A stretch of DNA of 52,599 nt from a virus. Positions within the stretch are counted from its first letter, which is position 1. Each line of letters opens with the position of its first letter. The stretch spans positions 1 to 52,599 of IMG/VR virus record IMGVR_UViG_3300045988_037879. One strand, written 5' to 3'. Under the pieces are notes generated by a model that was given only the letters and a program-made list of their open reading frames with translations, was not told the origin of the DNA and ran no database searches. The translations under genes were made by a program, and so were the position numbers. Shown piece by piece: positions 35,042 to 43,527 of the stretch.

Positions 35042-35409
35042 GGGGGATTATACCCGCCCGGCTGACCGCCGAATGGGTCGTTATAGCCCGTCGGGGCGGT
35101 GTTCTCGGATTTCAGCCCGCAAAGCTGAATTTCGGATGCCGACACGTTGATGCCGACACACCATTGCCCGTTCTTGTCCTGATACTGCTTGACTGATAGG
35201 TTGCCACGGACAAACACTTTCGCGCCCCTTTTAAGATACTGCGTAAGGTTGCCCCCGTTGCCGTTCATCAGGACGGAAACCCATGTTGTGTACTCCGTGC
35301 CGTTTCGCTTCTCGGAACTTGCGACGTTAAACGCCACACATTCGTTCCCGTTGATGTTCTTGACTTCGGCATCGTTGCCGATGTTGCCGATAACTTCGAT
35401 TTTTAACAT
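35035..35409 (-). CDS. ssb: Single-stranded DNA-binding protein
   Basis: OB-fold SSB pattern (IGNIGNDAEV...TTWVSV...LKRGAKVFVRGNL) with a Gly/Pro-rich tail. Confidence 0.8.
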   Translation of the reverse strand: MLKIEVIGNIGNDAEVKNINGNECVAFNVASSEKRNGTEYTTWVSVLMNGNGGNLTQYLKRGAKVFVRGNLSVKQYQDKNGQWCVGINVSASEIQLCGLKSENTAPTGYNDPFGGQPGGYNPPC

Positions 35410-35429
35410 GATTATTGATTGTTTAGGGG

Positions 35430-35621
35430 TTAAAGATGGTCATCTTCGATGTCTTGCCACGTTTCACCGTCGAAAGTGACAAGATGTTGCGTTTGGTCAA
35501 TCACAACCATTCCGACTTCGGGGTTGAAGTGATTTTCGGCTTGAAACCAATCGGTGTAAAAAGCCGACTTTTCGCCCGTCACCGGGTCGGTTATGATAAC
35601 AAGATATTTCATTCGTGCCAT
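35430..35621 (-). CDS. Small hypothetical protein (about 63 aa)
   Basis: Start taken at MARMKYLVII to avoid overlap with the MazG-like gene. Confidence 0.45.
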   Translation of the reverse strand: MARMKYLVIITDPVTGEKSAFYTDWFQAENHFNPEVGMVVIDQTQHLVTFDGETWQDIEDDHL

Positions 35622-35665
35622 GTCCTTTTGTATTGCATTTGCATTGCTTTTGCTTAACACTTGCA

Positions 35666-36247
35666 TCAATACTTTTTGCCGTGCTTGTAAGGACGGGTGA
35701 CATTGTAACGCATCTTTGCGCGGACGTGCCAATCAAGGTTGACACCCTGACTTTCCGCCCACAACGTCATGTAATGGATGCCGAATTGGATGCGCTTGAA
35801 AATGTTGATGCTTTCGCGGCACAACCCTTTGGTCAGGGCAAAGGCATTTTCGGTGAAACTGAATCGGTCGAATGCGCGGTGGTACTTGTTGGGGGTCAGC
35901 TTGTCGAAGTCAAGCCCGAATGCCCCGGCAAGGTCAAGAAGCCGAATCACGACATCCGCCATTTCATCCTCGACGGTGTTTTTCACCATTTCATCGAATG
36001 CCGCGATGAAGTCGGGGGCGGAATCGACATCATCAATCAAGCGGCATTTTTGCGCGGCGGCAAGATTGCGTTGCTTGCGGATGTGGTTAATGACCGCGAC
36101 GTTGCCTTTTCGGTCGGCTTCGACCATTTCCGCAATCTCGGTAACAACAAGCATCAGGCAATGTTCGGTGCTTGGCTTGTTTTCCCACCATCCATGCTTC
36201 AAGGCATTGGCGTGGACGGCTTCGGTCAGTGAATTAAGATTTTTCAT
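35666..36247 (-). CDS. MazG-like NTP pyrophosphohydrolase
   Basis: All-alpha NTP-PPase pattern with EIAEMVEA and EDEMADVVIRLLD acidic motifs. Confidence 0.6.
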   Translation of the reverse strand: MKNLNSLTEAVHANALKHGWWENKPSTEHCLMLVVTEIAEMVEADRKGNVAVINHIRKQRNLAAAQKCRLIDDVDSAPDFIAAFDEMVKNTVEDEMADVVIRLLDLAGAFGLDFDKLTPNKYHRAFDRFSFTENAFALTKGLCRESINIFKRIQFGIHYMTLWAESQGVNLDWHVRAKMRYNVTRPYKHGKKY

Positions 36248-36901
36248 TTAGAAAAGTTTTAATTGTTGTTGGTGATACAAAAGACGCTGTTTCGCGGCTT
36301 GATAATACCCGGCATCAAGTTCGATTCCCAGCATTTCAAAGTTCAGGTCATGCGCTGCAAGGCATATCGACCCCGACCCCAAATGTGTGTCAAGAATCTT
36401 ATCGCCCGGCTTTGCGTAATTGTTGAGCAACCACCCGTAAAGCGATTTTGGCTTTTCGGTCGGGTGGATGGTGTTTTGTCTTGCAAGTTCACATCGGTTG
36501 ATTGTGACAAGGCGGGTCGGGCAATCGAATGATGAATAAGCCAATTCACAATCCGACATTGTAAGTCCGGTTTGACCCTTGAACCACACAATCCAACCTT
36601 TTGTGCCTTTGTCAAGCATCGGAACAAAGTAATTTGCGCCCCAAATGATTTGGTTTTTGCTAACACGTTGTAATTCAGCAAAATAAATTTGGGGGGGTAA
36701 TTTGTCCCAACCCTTTGTTTCGTGATGCTTTCGGTTGTGCTTCGGATTCTTGCAAATGCAAGCCTTTTGCCCGTCAATACCGATTCCATAAGGCGGGTCA
36801 ACGATTGCAAGGTCAAAGGCGTTGTCCGGCAACGTCGCCATGACTTCAAGGCAATCAGCATTGACAAGGCTTATTGTTCCGAATGTTTCAATCTCGTTCA
36901 T
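36248..36901 (-). CDS. DNA methyltransferase, N6-adenine/N4-cytosine class (DPPY)
   Basis: Catalytic motif IVDPPYGIG and AdoMet motif ILDTHLGSGS. Confidence 0.85.
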   Translation of the reverse strand: MNEIETFGTISLVNADCLEVMATLPDNAFDLAIVDPPYGIGIDGQKACICKNPKHNRKHHETKGWDKLPPQIYFAELQRVSKNQIIWGANYFVPMLDKGTKGWIVWFKGQTGLTMSDCELAYSSFDCPTRLVTINRCELARQNTIHPTEKPKSLYGWLLNNYAKPGDKILDTHLGSGSICLAAHDLNFEMLGIELDAGYYQAAKQRLLYHQQQLKLF

Positions 36902-37170
36902 CGGTGATTCGCGTTCTTGTTGGTTCGTGCGACCGCTTCGATAAGAAGTTCATCGGCGATGTCAAGGGCGATTTTCGCAAAGGAATATCGGCGCACTTGG
37001 CTTCCATCATCCATTTTAATGACATCCGGGGTGTCACACCACCGGGCATAAACGGCGGGCAACACGGCGGTTGCAATCCTGATGCGTTCCGCAAGCACCG
37101 CATGGTCTTGTTCTCGCAATTCGTGGTTCAGGATGTTGCAAATTGCGTTATATGCTTCGTTGTCCATCAT
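36898..37170 (-). CDS. Hypothetical protein (90 aa)
   Basis: ORF with 4-nt overlaps on both sides. Confidence 0.5.
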   Translation of the reverse strand: MMDNEAYNAICNILNHELREQDHAVLAERIRIATAVLPAVYARWCDTPDVIKMDDGSQVRRYSFAKIALDIADELLIEAVARTNKNANHR

Positions 37171-37754
37171 GCCCCGCGAATTATGAATTTAGACATGATG
37201 AAGTCGAACACCGTCTTTGTCACATAGATGTCAAAGGACGCATCGTGAAGTTTTCCGGCGGTCGTGTCGATGCCCAAGAAGTCGGCGACGGTCGCAAGTT
37301 TGAAGTTGGGCAATTCTGCGCGGCGGTCTGCAAGGAATGTCGATGCAAGCACAAGCACGTCGATGGAATCCGCCCAAAACCACGACCCAAAGTAATTGTC
37401 GCCGTTCTGCAAGAAGAATCCGCGAAAAAAGTTATCATCGAATCCCCGGTTGTTGTAGCCGACAAGGTGGAATTTGTCGGTCTTGTCATACTTGTTCACA
37501 TACTTTGCAAACATGGTGACAAGTTGCGTGTAAACCTGACCCATCGGGGGATAAGCCATGATTTGTTCACGGGTCACGCCGCCGACGGCAAGGGCGGCAT
37601 CTTCGATTTGTGCCTTTGGGTTGGGCTGAACTTTGAAATCGAATGTTTCAACGCTCTTGCCGTCAATCACGATTTCACCGCTGATTTGGTGAATGCCGTG
37701 GCGACCGGGGTTTGTTCCCGTCGTTTCAAGGTCGTAAAAGAATAATTTGGACAT
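37167..37754 (-). CDS. DnaQ-like 3'-5' exonuclease
   Basis: ExoI FFYDLETTG, ExoII YNNRGFDDNF, ExoIII HDASFDIYVT. Confidence 0.8.
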   Translation of the reverse strand: MSKLFFYDLETTGTNPGRHGIHQISGEIVIDGKSVETFDFKVQPNPKAQIEDAALAVGGVTREQIMAYPPMGQVYTQLVTMFAKYVNKYDKTDKFHLVGYNNRGFDDNFFRGFFLQNGDNYFGSWFWADSIDVLVLASTFLADRRAELPNFKLATVADFLGIDTTAGKLHDASFDIYVTKTVFDFIMSKFIIRGA

Positions 37755-37769
37755 TGTTATTTAGTTTTA

Positions 37770-37786
37770 TGTCTTATAGTAAGACA
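37770..37786. promoter_or_regulatory. Dispersed intergenic palindrome, copy 8
   Basis: TGTCTTATAGTAAGACA. On the minus strand it is preceded by TAACTTTG (37792-37785). Confidence 0.5.
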
Positions 37787-37793
37787 AAGTTAG

Positions 37794-39392
37794 TTAAATT
37801 GCTACTTTTGTGACGCACAATGGGGTCAAAGATTTATAAAGCGATTCGCACAAGACACGCGCCATGTTGACTTCAACGGCATTGCCGATGAACTTCTTTT
37901 GCTCGGTCTGATTCCCCACAAGAACGTAATCTTCCGGGAATCCCATAATCAACTTTAATTCGGGGATTTTCAACATTCGCATCTTTATGTCAATGATGCC
38001 GAATAACACCATGAATTGCTTTATTTTCACGGTCATTGGCGAATCATCCGGCAAGATAGGAATTGCGAAATGCCCAAATTCGGGATTCATCAGGTAATGG
38101 AATTTATGATTTGCCGTTATGACCGGGCAAGGCTCGTTCACGTCGCTTCCAATATTGTTGAAGTTGGTGTTCATCACCCACGGGCGTTGAACCGTGACAA
38201 GTTTGTGTTTTGGGTTTGCCGTTAGAGTTCCGGCGGCGGTTTCGACTGATGCCGGTGTGCCGTTCCCGTATTGCATATCAAGGAAAACACTATTGACAAC
38301 CGCCAATTTTTCCTTTGTTGTCAGGGTCGGGGCGGGTGCGTCGATTGAACGGTTGTTCCCGTTTCCGTAAAACGCCGTGACAAAGGCGTGATGGTCAACA
38401 CAAGTGATTGTTCCGGCGGGTTCATCGGTCGAACAATTCTTGCTTTCAGGATGCCCGCCGAATTGCTTTGACAAGAACGACACTTGCGCGACTGCAAGGC
38501 GGTTTTGTGTCGCAACGACCGGGCAAGGTTCATCGACCGACGGGGCTTGATACCGCCCAGCCTGATTCATGGAATTATACTTGACCATGAATTTATCCTT
38601 GCCCCCGGCAACGAATTTGACCAATCCGGCGAATATGCGTTCAAGGGTCTTTTCGGACAAGGGCTTTTCCCGCCCGAATATAGACCGCCCCTCGTCGGAA
38701 AAGTCCAACACGTCTTTGACGGGCTTCCACCTTTGCAAGCTGCCGAACAATCCCGGTTCGGGATTCTTTGCGTGTGTCGGTTCGGGAAAGGTTATTGGCA
38801 AGCCTTTCTTTGCGAATATGCCGAAGAACCGCTTGCGGCTCGTGTATGCCCCGAAATCGGCGGCATTCAAGATGCGGTGGGCGAAATCGTAACCGTATTT
38901 TTTAACATTGCGAATCCAACGGCAATATGCTTTGCCCTTGTCCATCGAAATCGGCTTCCCGTTTTCATCTACATCACCCCACGACATAAATTCTTCGACG
39001 TTTTCAATTTGGATATAATCGGGGTCGATTGCTTCGATATAACGGAACAAGTGTTCGGCAAGGGTGCGGGAATCCGCGTCGCGGGGCTGACCGCCTTTCG
39101 CCTTGCTGAAATTTGTGCATTCAAGGGATGCCCACAACACCACAAAGGCATCCGGGTTCATTGTCCGGCACTTTTTCAGGTGTTCGACAAGGGGTGTCAA
39201 CTCCAACGTGCGGATGTCCTCGGTGAAGTGCATTGCGTCGGGGTGATTGCTTGCGTGTGATGCAATCGCCTTTGCGTCATGGTTGACGCAAGCGATAACA
39301 CGGGCGCATTCCTGACCGTTGACCCGCGCAAGGTTGACACCCGTTGAAGTGCCGCCCGCGCCACAAAATAAGTCGATATATAATAATTTCAT
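37794..39392 (-). CDS. DNA (cytosine-5)-methyltransferase (532 aa)
   Basis: Motif I DLFCGAGG, IQIENVEEF, SRKRFFGIF, and C-terminal GFPEDY...IGNAVEV. There is a long variable region between motifs VIII and IX. Confidence 0.85.
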   Translation of the reverse strand: MKLLYIDLFCGAGGTSTGVNLARVNGQECARVIACVNHDAKAIASHASNHPDAMHFTEDIRTLELTPLVEHLKKCRTMNPDAFVVLWASLECTNFSKAKGGQPRDADSRTLAEHLFRYIEAIDPDYIQIENVEEFMSWGDVDENGKPISMDKGKAYCRWIRNVKKYGYDFAHRILNAADFGAYTSRKRFFGIFAKKGLPITFPEPTHAKNPEPGLFGSLQRWKPVKDVLDFSDEGRSIFGREKPLSEKTLERIFAGLVKFVAGGKDKFMVKYNSMNQAGRYQAPSVDEPCPVVATQNRLAVAQVSFLSKQFGGHPESKNCSTDEPAGTITCVDHHAFVTAFYGNGNNRSIDAPAPTLTTKEKLAVVNSVFLDMQYGNGTPASVETAAGTLTANPKHKLVTVQRPWVMNTNFNNIGSDVNEPCPVITANHKFHYLMNPEFGHFAIPILPDDSPMTVKIKQFMVLFGIIDIKMRMLKIPELKLIMGFPEDYVLVGNQTEQKKFIGNAVEVNMARVLCESLYKSLTPLCVTKVAI

Positions 39393-39973
39393 ACGTTCAG
39401 CAATTTATTTACCTTTTCGGCAAGTTCACGGAATTGCGGATTGTAGTTGAAATCATCATCATATTTCCGCAAGAAGTGAAGCATTGAAGAATGGTCGCGG
39501 CGGACGTGCTTTGCAATCTGCGTCAAGGTCATTTTCAGGCGGCGGCAATGATACACGAAAAGCATCCGTGCATAAAAGTGGTCACGCTTCCGGCATTTGG
39601 TCGTGTACTGATTGAAGCGCAAGCCCGTGACCTCATGGATTGCGTTTTGAATGCGCAAAACCGCCTGATTTTCCCGGCGAATATTCGATTCAAACCACAC
39701 GTCCATATTCAGGCGGTTGGCGATGTCATATTCAATCGACGCGCCCTTGCTATCCATCCACCCGTCCATCATAAAGATTGCATCACAATCAAGAAGCAAG
39801 CAAATGTCGGCGACCATGTGTTCTTTCCACATCGCTGATGATTCAAGCCCGTTATTCAGGGGATTCACCGGGTCAAAGCCTATTTCGGCAAGGAACACGG
39901 CGGCATCTTCAAACCGTTGTCGGGCTTCGGACAACGGCAACCCCGTTATTTTTCCGCTGATATAGATTTTCAT
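39389..39973 (-). CDS. Fusion protein: DUF4406 / nucleoside deoxyribosyltransferase-like N-domain plus DnaA domain-IV-like HTH
   Basis: N-terminus MKIYISGKITG...DAIFMMDGWMDSKGASIEYDIA. C-terminus RKRDHFYARMLFVYHCRRLKMTLTQIAKHVRRDHSSMLHFLRKY, which follows the DnaA C-terminal pattern R..AR...Y......IA...RDHS.V.H. Confidence 0.5.
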   Translation of the reverse strand: MKIYISGKITGLPLSEARQRFEDAAVFLAEIGFDPVNPLNNGLESSAMWKEHMVADICLLLDCDAIFMMDGWMDSKGASIEYDIANRLNMDVWFESNIRRENQAVLRIQNAIHEVTGLRFNQYTTKCRKRDHFYARMLFVYHCRRLKMTLTQIAKHVRRDHSSMLHFLRKYDDDFNYNPQFRELAEKVNKLLNV

Positions 39974-40749
39974 GGATGTTGGGATTTATAGACAAGTTTG
40001 TTGATGAAGTATTGTTGACCCTTGATTGTGACAAGGGTTGTCCGGGTTTGGATTGGTTCGCCCGTGTGCGGATGATAGCGTGTTCCCGTCCTGACCTCAA
40101 ACAAGCCCATTTCAAGGGCGCGTTGGGTCGGGTCGTTGTATTCCGACCCGCATTTGTGCAAGAATCCGTTGTCGCGCATCCACTGATAAAGCCGGATTTC
40201 CCCGGTGTCAACCCCGTTTTGGCGCATCAGTTTTGCAAGTTGACCGATAAGGATTGATTCACCCGCGATTTCAAGGGCTTTTGCGAAATTCACTTTCGGG
40301 GCTTGTTCGGCAAGCTGCTTTTGTTGGGCTTCGATGGTTTCGGCTTGTTCGGCGGCAAGGCGCAATGCTTGGGCGAATGTTTGAGGAATCGCCGGGGCAA
40401 TTTCTTTCAAGGCTTGTTCCATCATGTCGAATTGCTGAATGAAGCCGACTTTGAATTGCAAGGCGCGTTCCCCGGTCAGGCTCATAGCAAGCAAGGAAAA
40501 CCCGTCGCGGTTCATCAGGAACATGGGTTGCGTCTTGCCTTGCGCGTCAATGTAGGTGACTTGATGAAACCATGTCTTGTGCGCTAAATTTTGAGCCGAC
40601 CACAAGATGTTGCGAATCGACTTCAAGACGTTCTTGTGCATCTTGCCGAACACTTCGGCGACCTTGACGGAATCGGTCACGGGCGTTCCCTTTTCGGTCT
40701 TATAGACCACTTGTTGAAGTGCCGTCGTTGTTGTTAGTTCTTTTTCCAT
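39970..40749 (-). CDS. Rha-family regulator with KilAC-type antirepressor C-domain
   Basis: Start taken at MEKELTTTT (40749). The Rha N-terminal pattern is VTDSVKVAEVFGKMHKNVLKSI. A C-terminal antirepressor-like region follows. Confidence 0.65.
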   Translation of the reverse strand: MEKELTTTTALQQVVYKTEKGTPVTDSVKVAEVFGKMHKNVLKSIRNILWSAQNLAHKTWFHQVTYIDAQGKTQPMFLMNRDGFSLLAMSLTGERALQFKVGFIQQFDMMEQALKEIAPAIPQTFAQALRLAAEQAETIEAQQKQLAEQAPKVNFAKALEIAGESILIGQLAKLMRQNGVDTGEIRLYQWMRDNGFLHKCGSEYNDPTQRALEMGLFEVRTGTRYHPHTGEPIQTRTTLVTIKGQQYFINKLVYKSQHP

Positions 40750-40768
40750 TGTTAGGTAATTTTGATTG

Positions 40769-41521
40769 TTAGAGTTTCCGACGGTCTTTGCCCTTAATGA
40801 CAAGGTTGTTGCACATTTGACGCAAGCGGGATGCCACACGGTCGCCGTAACGCGACACAAGACGGTCGCTTGCCATCGGCAAATTCGATGTTATCAAGGT
40901 TAATTCGTTGGTCAGGTCGCCCCGGTACTCGATAAGTTGCCGGACGGCATCAACTCGGTTGCCCATGTAAAGGGATTCTTCTTGCTCTTGTCCGAAGTCC
41001 TGAATGGCAAGAATCGGCGTTTTTTTTAGTTCCGAAATGTTACCATCTTCGGCAAACTTCTCGCAAATTTCATCGGCGCGGACAATCCGCCACCACAATG
41101 TCCGGGAATCGTCCTTGTCATAGGTCACGGGGATTGTGATTTTGAAGCCAAGTGCCGACGCATAAGCCCGCATGATTTCAAGACACCACGATTTGCCCGA
41201 CCCCGTTGTGCCGCCGATGTAGATTCCGGCGTATAAGTCGCCCGGCACGATTTCCCCGGTGTCGGGGTGAATCTGCTTCATGGTCGTGTCGCAATGACAC
41301 CATTTGATGAAGTTTTCGTAAGTGAAGCGGTTTTCGGCATCAATCACGAATTTGCGGTCACGGCTCTTGCCGATTGCTTCCACAATCTTCAAGGCGTTTT
41401 CGATGTCGTAGTTTTCCCCGGTGTATTTATAGCGGGTCATTCGGGCGAAAGTGCCACGTTCTTCGATTGCCCGTAAGATTTTATCAAGACCGGGGATGTC
41501 GTTTTTGTTGTTCATTTCCAT
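40769..41521 (-). CDS. DnaC/IstB-like AAA+ helicase loader
   Basis: Walker A GGTTGSGKS and Walker B-like ILAIQDFG. It lies downstream of the replication organiser. Confidence 0.75.
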   Translation of the reverse strand: MEMNNKNDIPGLDKILRAIEERGTFARMTRYKYTGENYDIENALKIVEAIGKSRDRKFVIDAENRFTYENFIKWCHCDTTMKQIHPDTGEIVPGDLYAGIYIGGTTGSGKSWCLEIMRAYASALGFKITIPVTYDKDDSRTLWWRIVRADEICEKFAEDGNISELKKTPILAIQDFGQEQEESLYMGNRVDAVRQLIEYRGDLTNELTLITSNLPMASDRLVSRYGDRVASRLRQMCNNLVIKGKDRRKL

Positions 41522-42225
41522 TCATCATTTACGTTTCGTGATGCACTTGTTTTCGTTTTCCGGGATGCCGGGCGGCGCGGATTCTCTCTTTCGCGCTTTT
41601 CCCATGTGACAAGGGCGGCTTTCCAATCTTTCATCTTGTTTTTGCCGACATACCAATTTTTTGACTGATAAAAGGCAATGAAACTTTCGGCATCGACTGA
41701 ATAACCCTTTTCAAGAATATGCGCTTGCACTTCTTCAAGTGTCGGTGGAATAAACCGCTTTTGCGGTTTTTCCCTATCTTCTTCGATAGAAGAAGTATTA
41801 TTATTTTCTTTTCTTTTCTTTTCTTTTGCATCAATTTGCATTGCATTTGCATCGGTGGTGCTTTGCTTTTGTTGGTTGGCGCTTGATTGCCAACGGGTTA
41901 ATGCGGCGCGTTTGCGCCTTTCGCTGATTTGCTGACGCTTGCCAAGACGCTTGTTGACCGAATTTGACCAAAAGGTTTCGCCGTTGTTTTCAAACAACCC
42001 AAAGTCATTGACAACACTTTCAACCATTTTGCATTCCTGATGCAATGCAAATGCAATGCTTTTGCAAGATTTCAAAGGCAATTCCCCGCCTTGCTCATAA
42101 AGCTGCTCGACAATGCACCAAAACACGCCAAGACCCGCCGCGCCATGCTCAATAAGAACATCTTGCAACTTGGGGTCGTTCCGGGCGTTGTAGTCGTGCG
42201 GGAAATAATATGTTTTATCTTTCAT
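41512..42225 (-). CDS. Replisome organiser / replication initiator-like protein
   Basis: N-terminus YYFPHDYNARNDPKL (Bacteroidota phage replication-protein N-domain pattern), a Lys-rich linker, and a C-terminal DnaD-like IAFYQSKNWYVGKNKMKDWKAAL. Confidence 0.65.
   Translation of the reverse strand: MKDKTYYFPHDYNARNDPKLQDVLIEHGAAGLGVFWCIVEQLYEQGGELPLKSCKSIAFALHQECKMVESVVNDFGLFENNGETFWSNSVNKRLGKRQQISERRKRAALTRWQSSANQQKQSTTDANAMQIDAKEKKRKENNNTSSIEEDREKPQKRFIPPTLEEVQAHILEKGYSVDAESFIAFYQSKNWYVGKNKMKDWKAALVTWEKRERENPRRPASRKTKTSASRNVNDEWK
41790..41853 (-). repeat. ATGCAAATGCAAT motif plus purine tract inside the replication gene (putative origin element); inverted copy of 50728-50792
   Basis: Minus-strand sequence GATGCAAATGCAATGCAAATTGATGCAAAAGAAAAGAAAAGAAAAGAAAATAATAATAC. 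Compare 50728-50792. Confidence 0.55.
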
Positions 42226-42285
42226 TGCTTTTTCGTTTACCGCCGGGGCGGATTCCCCGGCGGGTTGGTTGGTGATTGTGTTGGC

Positions 42286-43029
42286 TTACACTTCGATGAT
42301 GGCGATTTCCGGCGCGACTTCCTGAATCTTGATAAGTTCATCATCAAGAACTTTATCGCGTAAATCTTCAAGGGTTGCTTGTGCGCCCGGCGACATCAGA
42401 ATGAAGTGAACGTCGCGCCCGTCGATTTGGGCGAATGTTTCGACTTCAAGGGTTTCAGGCTGCAAGCCCTTGAAAATCGGGATGCACAACGTGAATGATT
42501 CCGGCAAGTTGGAATTGACCACTTGCGCGAAATTGTCGGTGCGGCTTCCGTTCATCTTGATGTCGCGGTCGATGGTCGCTTGCACCGTGCCGTTGAAGTT
42601 CATCAGGCGCGACACAAGTTCCATGTTGTCCTTGCGGTCAGGAAAGAATGTGCGGTTCATCTTGAAGAACAATCCGAGTTCGGCGGGTGTCCATACCTTG
42701 TTAGGGTCATTGATGCCGAATTTCACGAATTGCGGGTTGAATTGCAGTTTCGACACGACCGTTCCGCGTGTATATGCGTCCCTTTCGTTGATTGTAAGGG
42801 TCATTTTGACGCTTTCGCGGTCAACGGTGATGAAACTTTCGGTTTGCTTGAATTGCCCGGCGTTGACACGCTTTTTCAGGTATTCAAGGATTGTGCCGAT
42901 TGTGCCGACAATATCGGTCTTGACCGGGGCTTTTGGGTCAAGTTGCTTTGTCGCTTCACCCTCGCGGATGATGATTTCGGCGGTCGATTGACCGGGCGCG
43001 AAATTGATTTGCATTTTTTCGGTTTCCAT
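42286..43029 (-). CDS. Hypothetical protein (247 aa)
   Basis: Long ORF in the early operon. Confidence 0.5.
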   Translation of the reverse strand: METEKMQINFAPGQSTAEIIIREGEATKQLDPKAPVKTDIVGTIGTILEYLKKRVNAGQFKQTESFITVDRESVKMTLTINERDAYTRGTVVSKLQFNPQFVKFGINDPNKVWTPAELGLFFKMNRTFFPDRKDNMELVSRLMNFNGTVQATIDRDIKMNGSRTDNFAQVVNSNLPESFTLCIPIFKGLQPETLEVETFAQIDGRDVHFILMSPGAQATLEDLRDKVLDDELIKIQEVAPEIAIIEV

Positions 43030-43043
43030 GCTGATTGATGGGT

Positions 43044-43493
43044 TTAGTCATTTGTTCCCGTTAACGGCGGAACATTCCCGGTGCGCAACGCGCCAAAAAT
43101 GGTCGGTTGAAGTTCATCGGCGGTCGCCGGGCGTGATTCAATCAACAACCCGTCGGCGTTGTAGAATCCCGTCATTTTCGCTTCTTGGTCGGTGAAGCGA
43201 TAACACGGTTCGGTCACATATTCGGCTTTTGCCTTGATGTTGGAAACCATGCCCGTCCGCTGCTCTTTCAAGGGCTTCAACCGCCCCTTATATTCGGCGG
43301 TCACTTGCTTCATTTCGCTTTCGATTTCGGCGATTTCGATTGATACGTTGGCAAGGTTCTCTTTGTGTCCTTGCAATTCTTCCGGGGAATAGGGCTTCAT
43401 GTAACCCTTATCCACGACGGCATCGCAGTTGTCCGCAAGAAATTGTCGGCGGGCAATGGGGTTGTCGATGTCGCTCCCAAGTGTTCGTTCCAT
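43044..43493 (-). CDS. Hypothetical coiled-coil protein (149 aa)
   Basis: ORF preceded by a palindrome copy about 10 nt upstream of the ATG. Confidence 0.5.
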   Translation of the reverse strand: MERTLGSDIDNPIARRQFLADNCDAVVDKGYMKPYSPEELQGHKENLANVSIEIAEIESEMKQVTAEYKGRLKPLKEQRTGMVSNIKAKAEYVTEPCYRFTDQEAKMTGFYNADGLLIESRPATADELQPTIFGALRTGNVPPLTGTND

Positions 43494-43502
43494 ACTTGTT
43501 TC

Positions 43503-43519
43503 GTTTTATAGTAAGACAC
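43503..43519. promoter_or_regulatory. Dispersed intergenic palindrome, copy 9
   Basis: GTTTTATAGTAAGACAC, between the DGR target 2 stop and the next ATG. Confidence 0.5.
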
Positions 43520-43527
43520 TTTGCGAT

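Noticed and set aside
36301-36330. tRNA-like T-loop string GTTCGATTCCC, and a general scan for tRNA, CRISPR or rRNA
   Set aside because: The flanks cannot form a T-stem, and the string lies inside the methyltransferase coding sequence. I saw no cloverleaf candidate and no spaced repeat array anywhere in the window.
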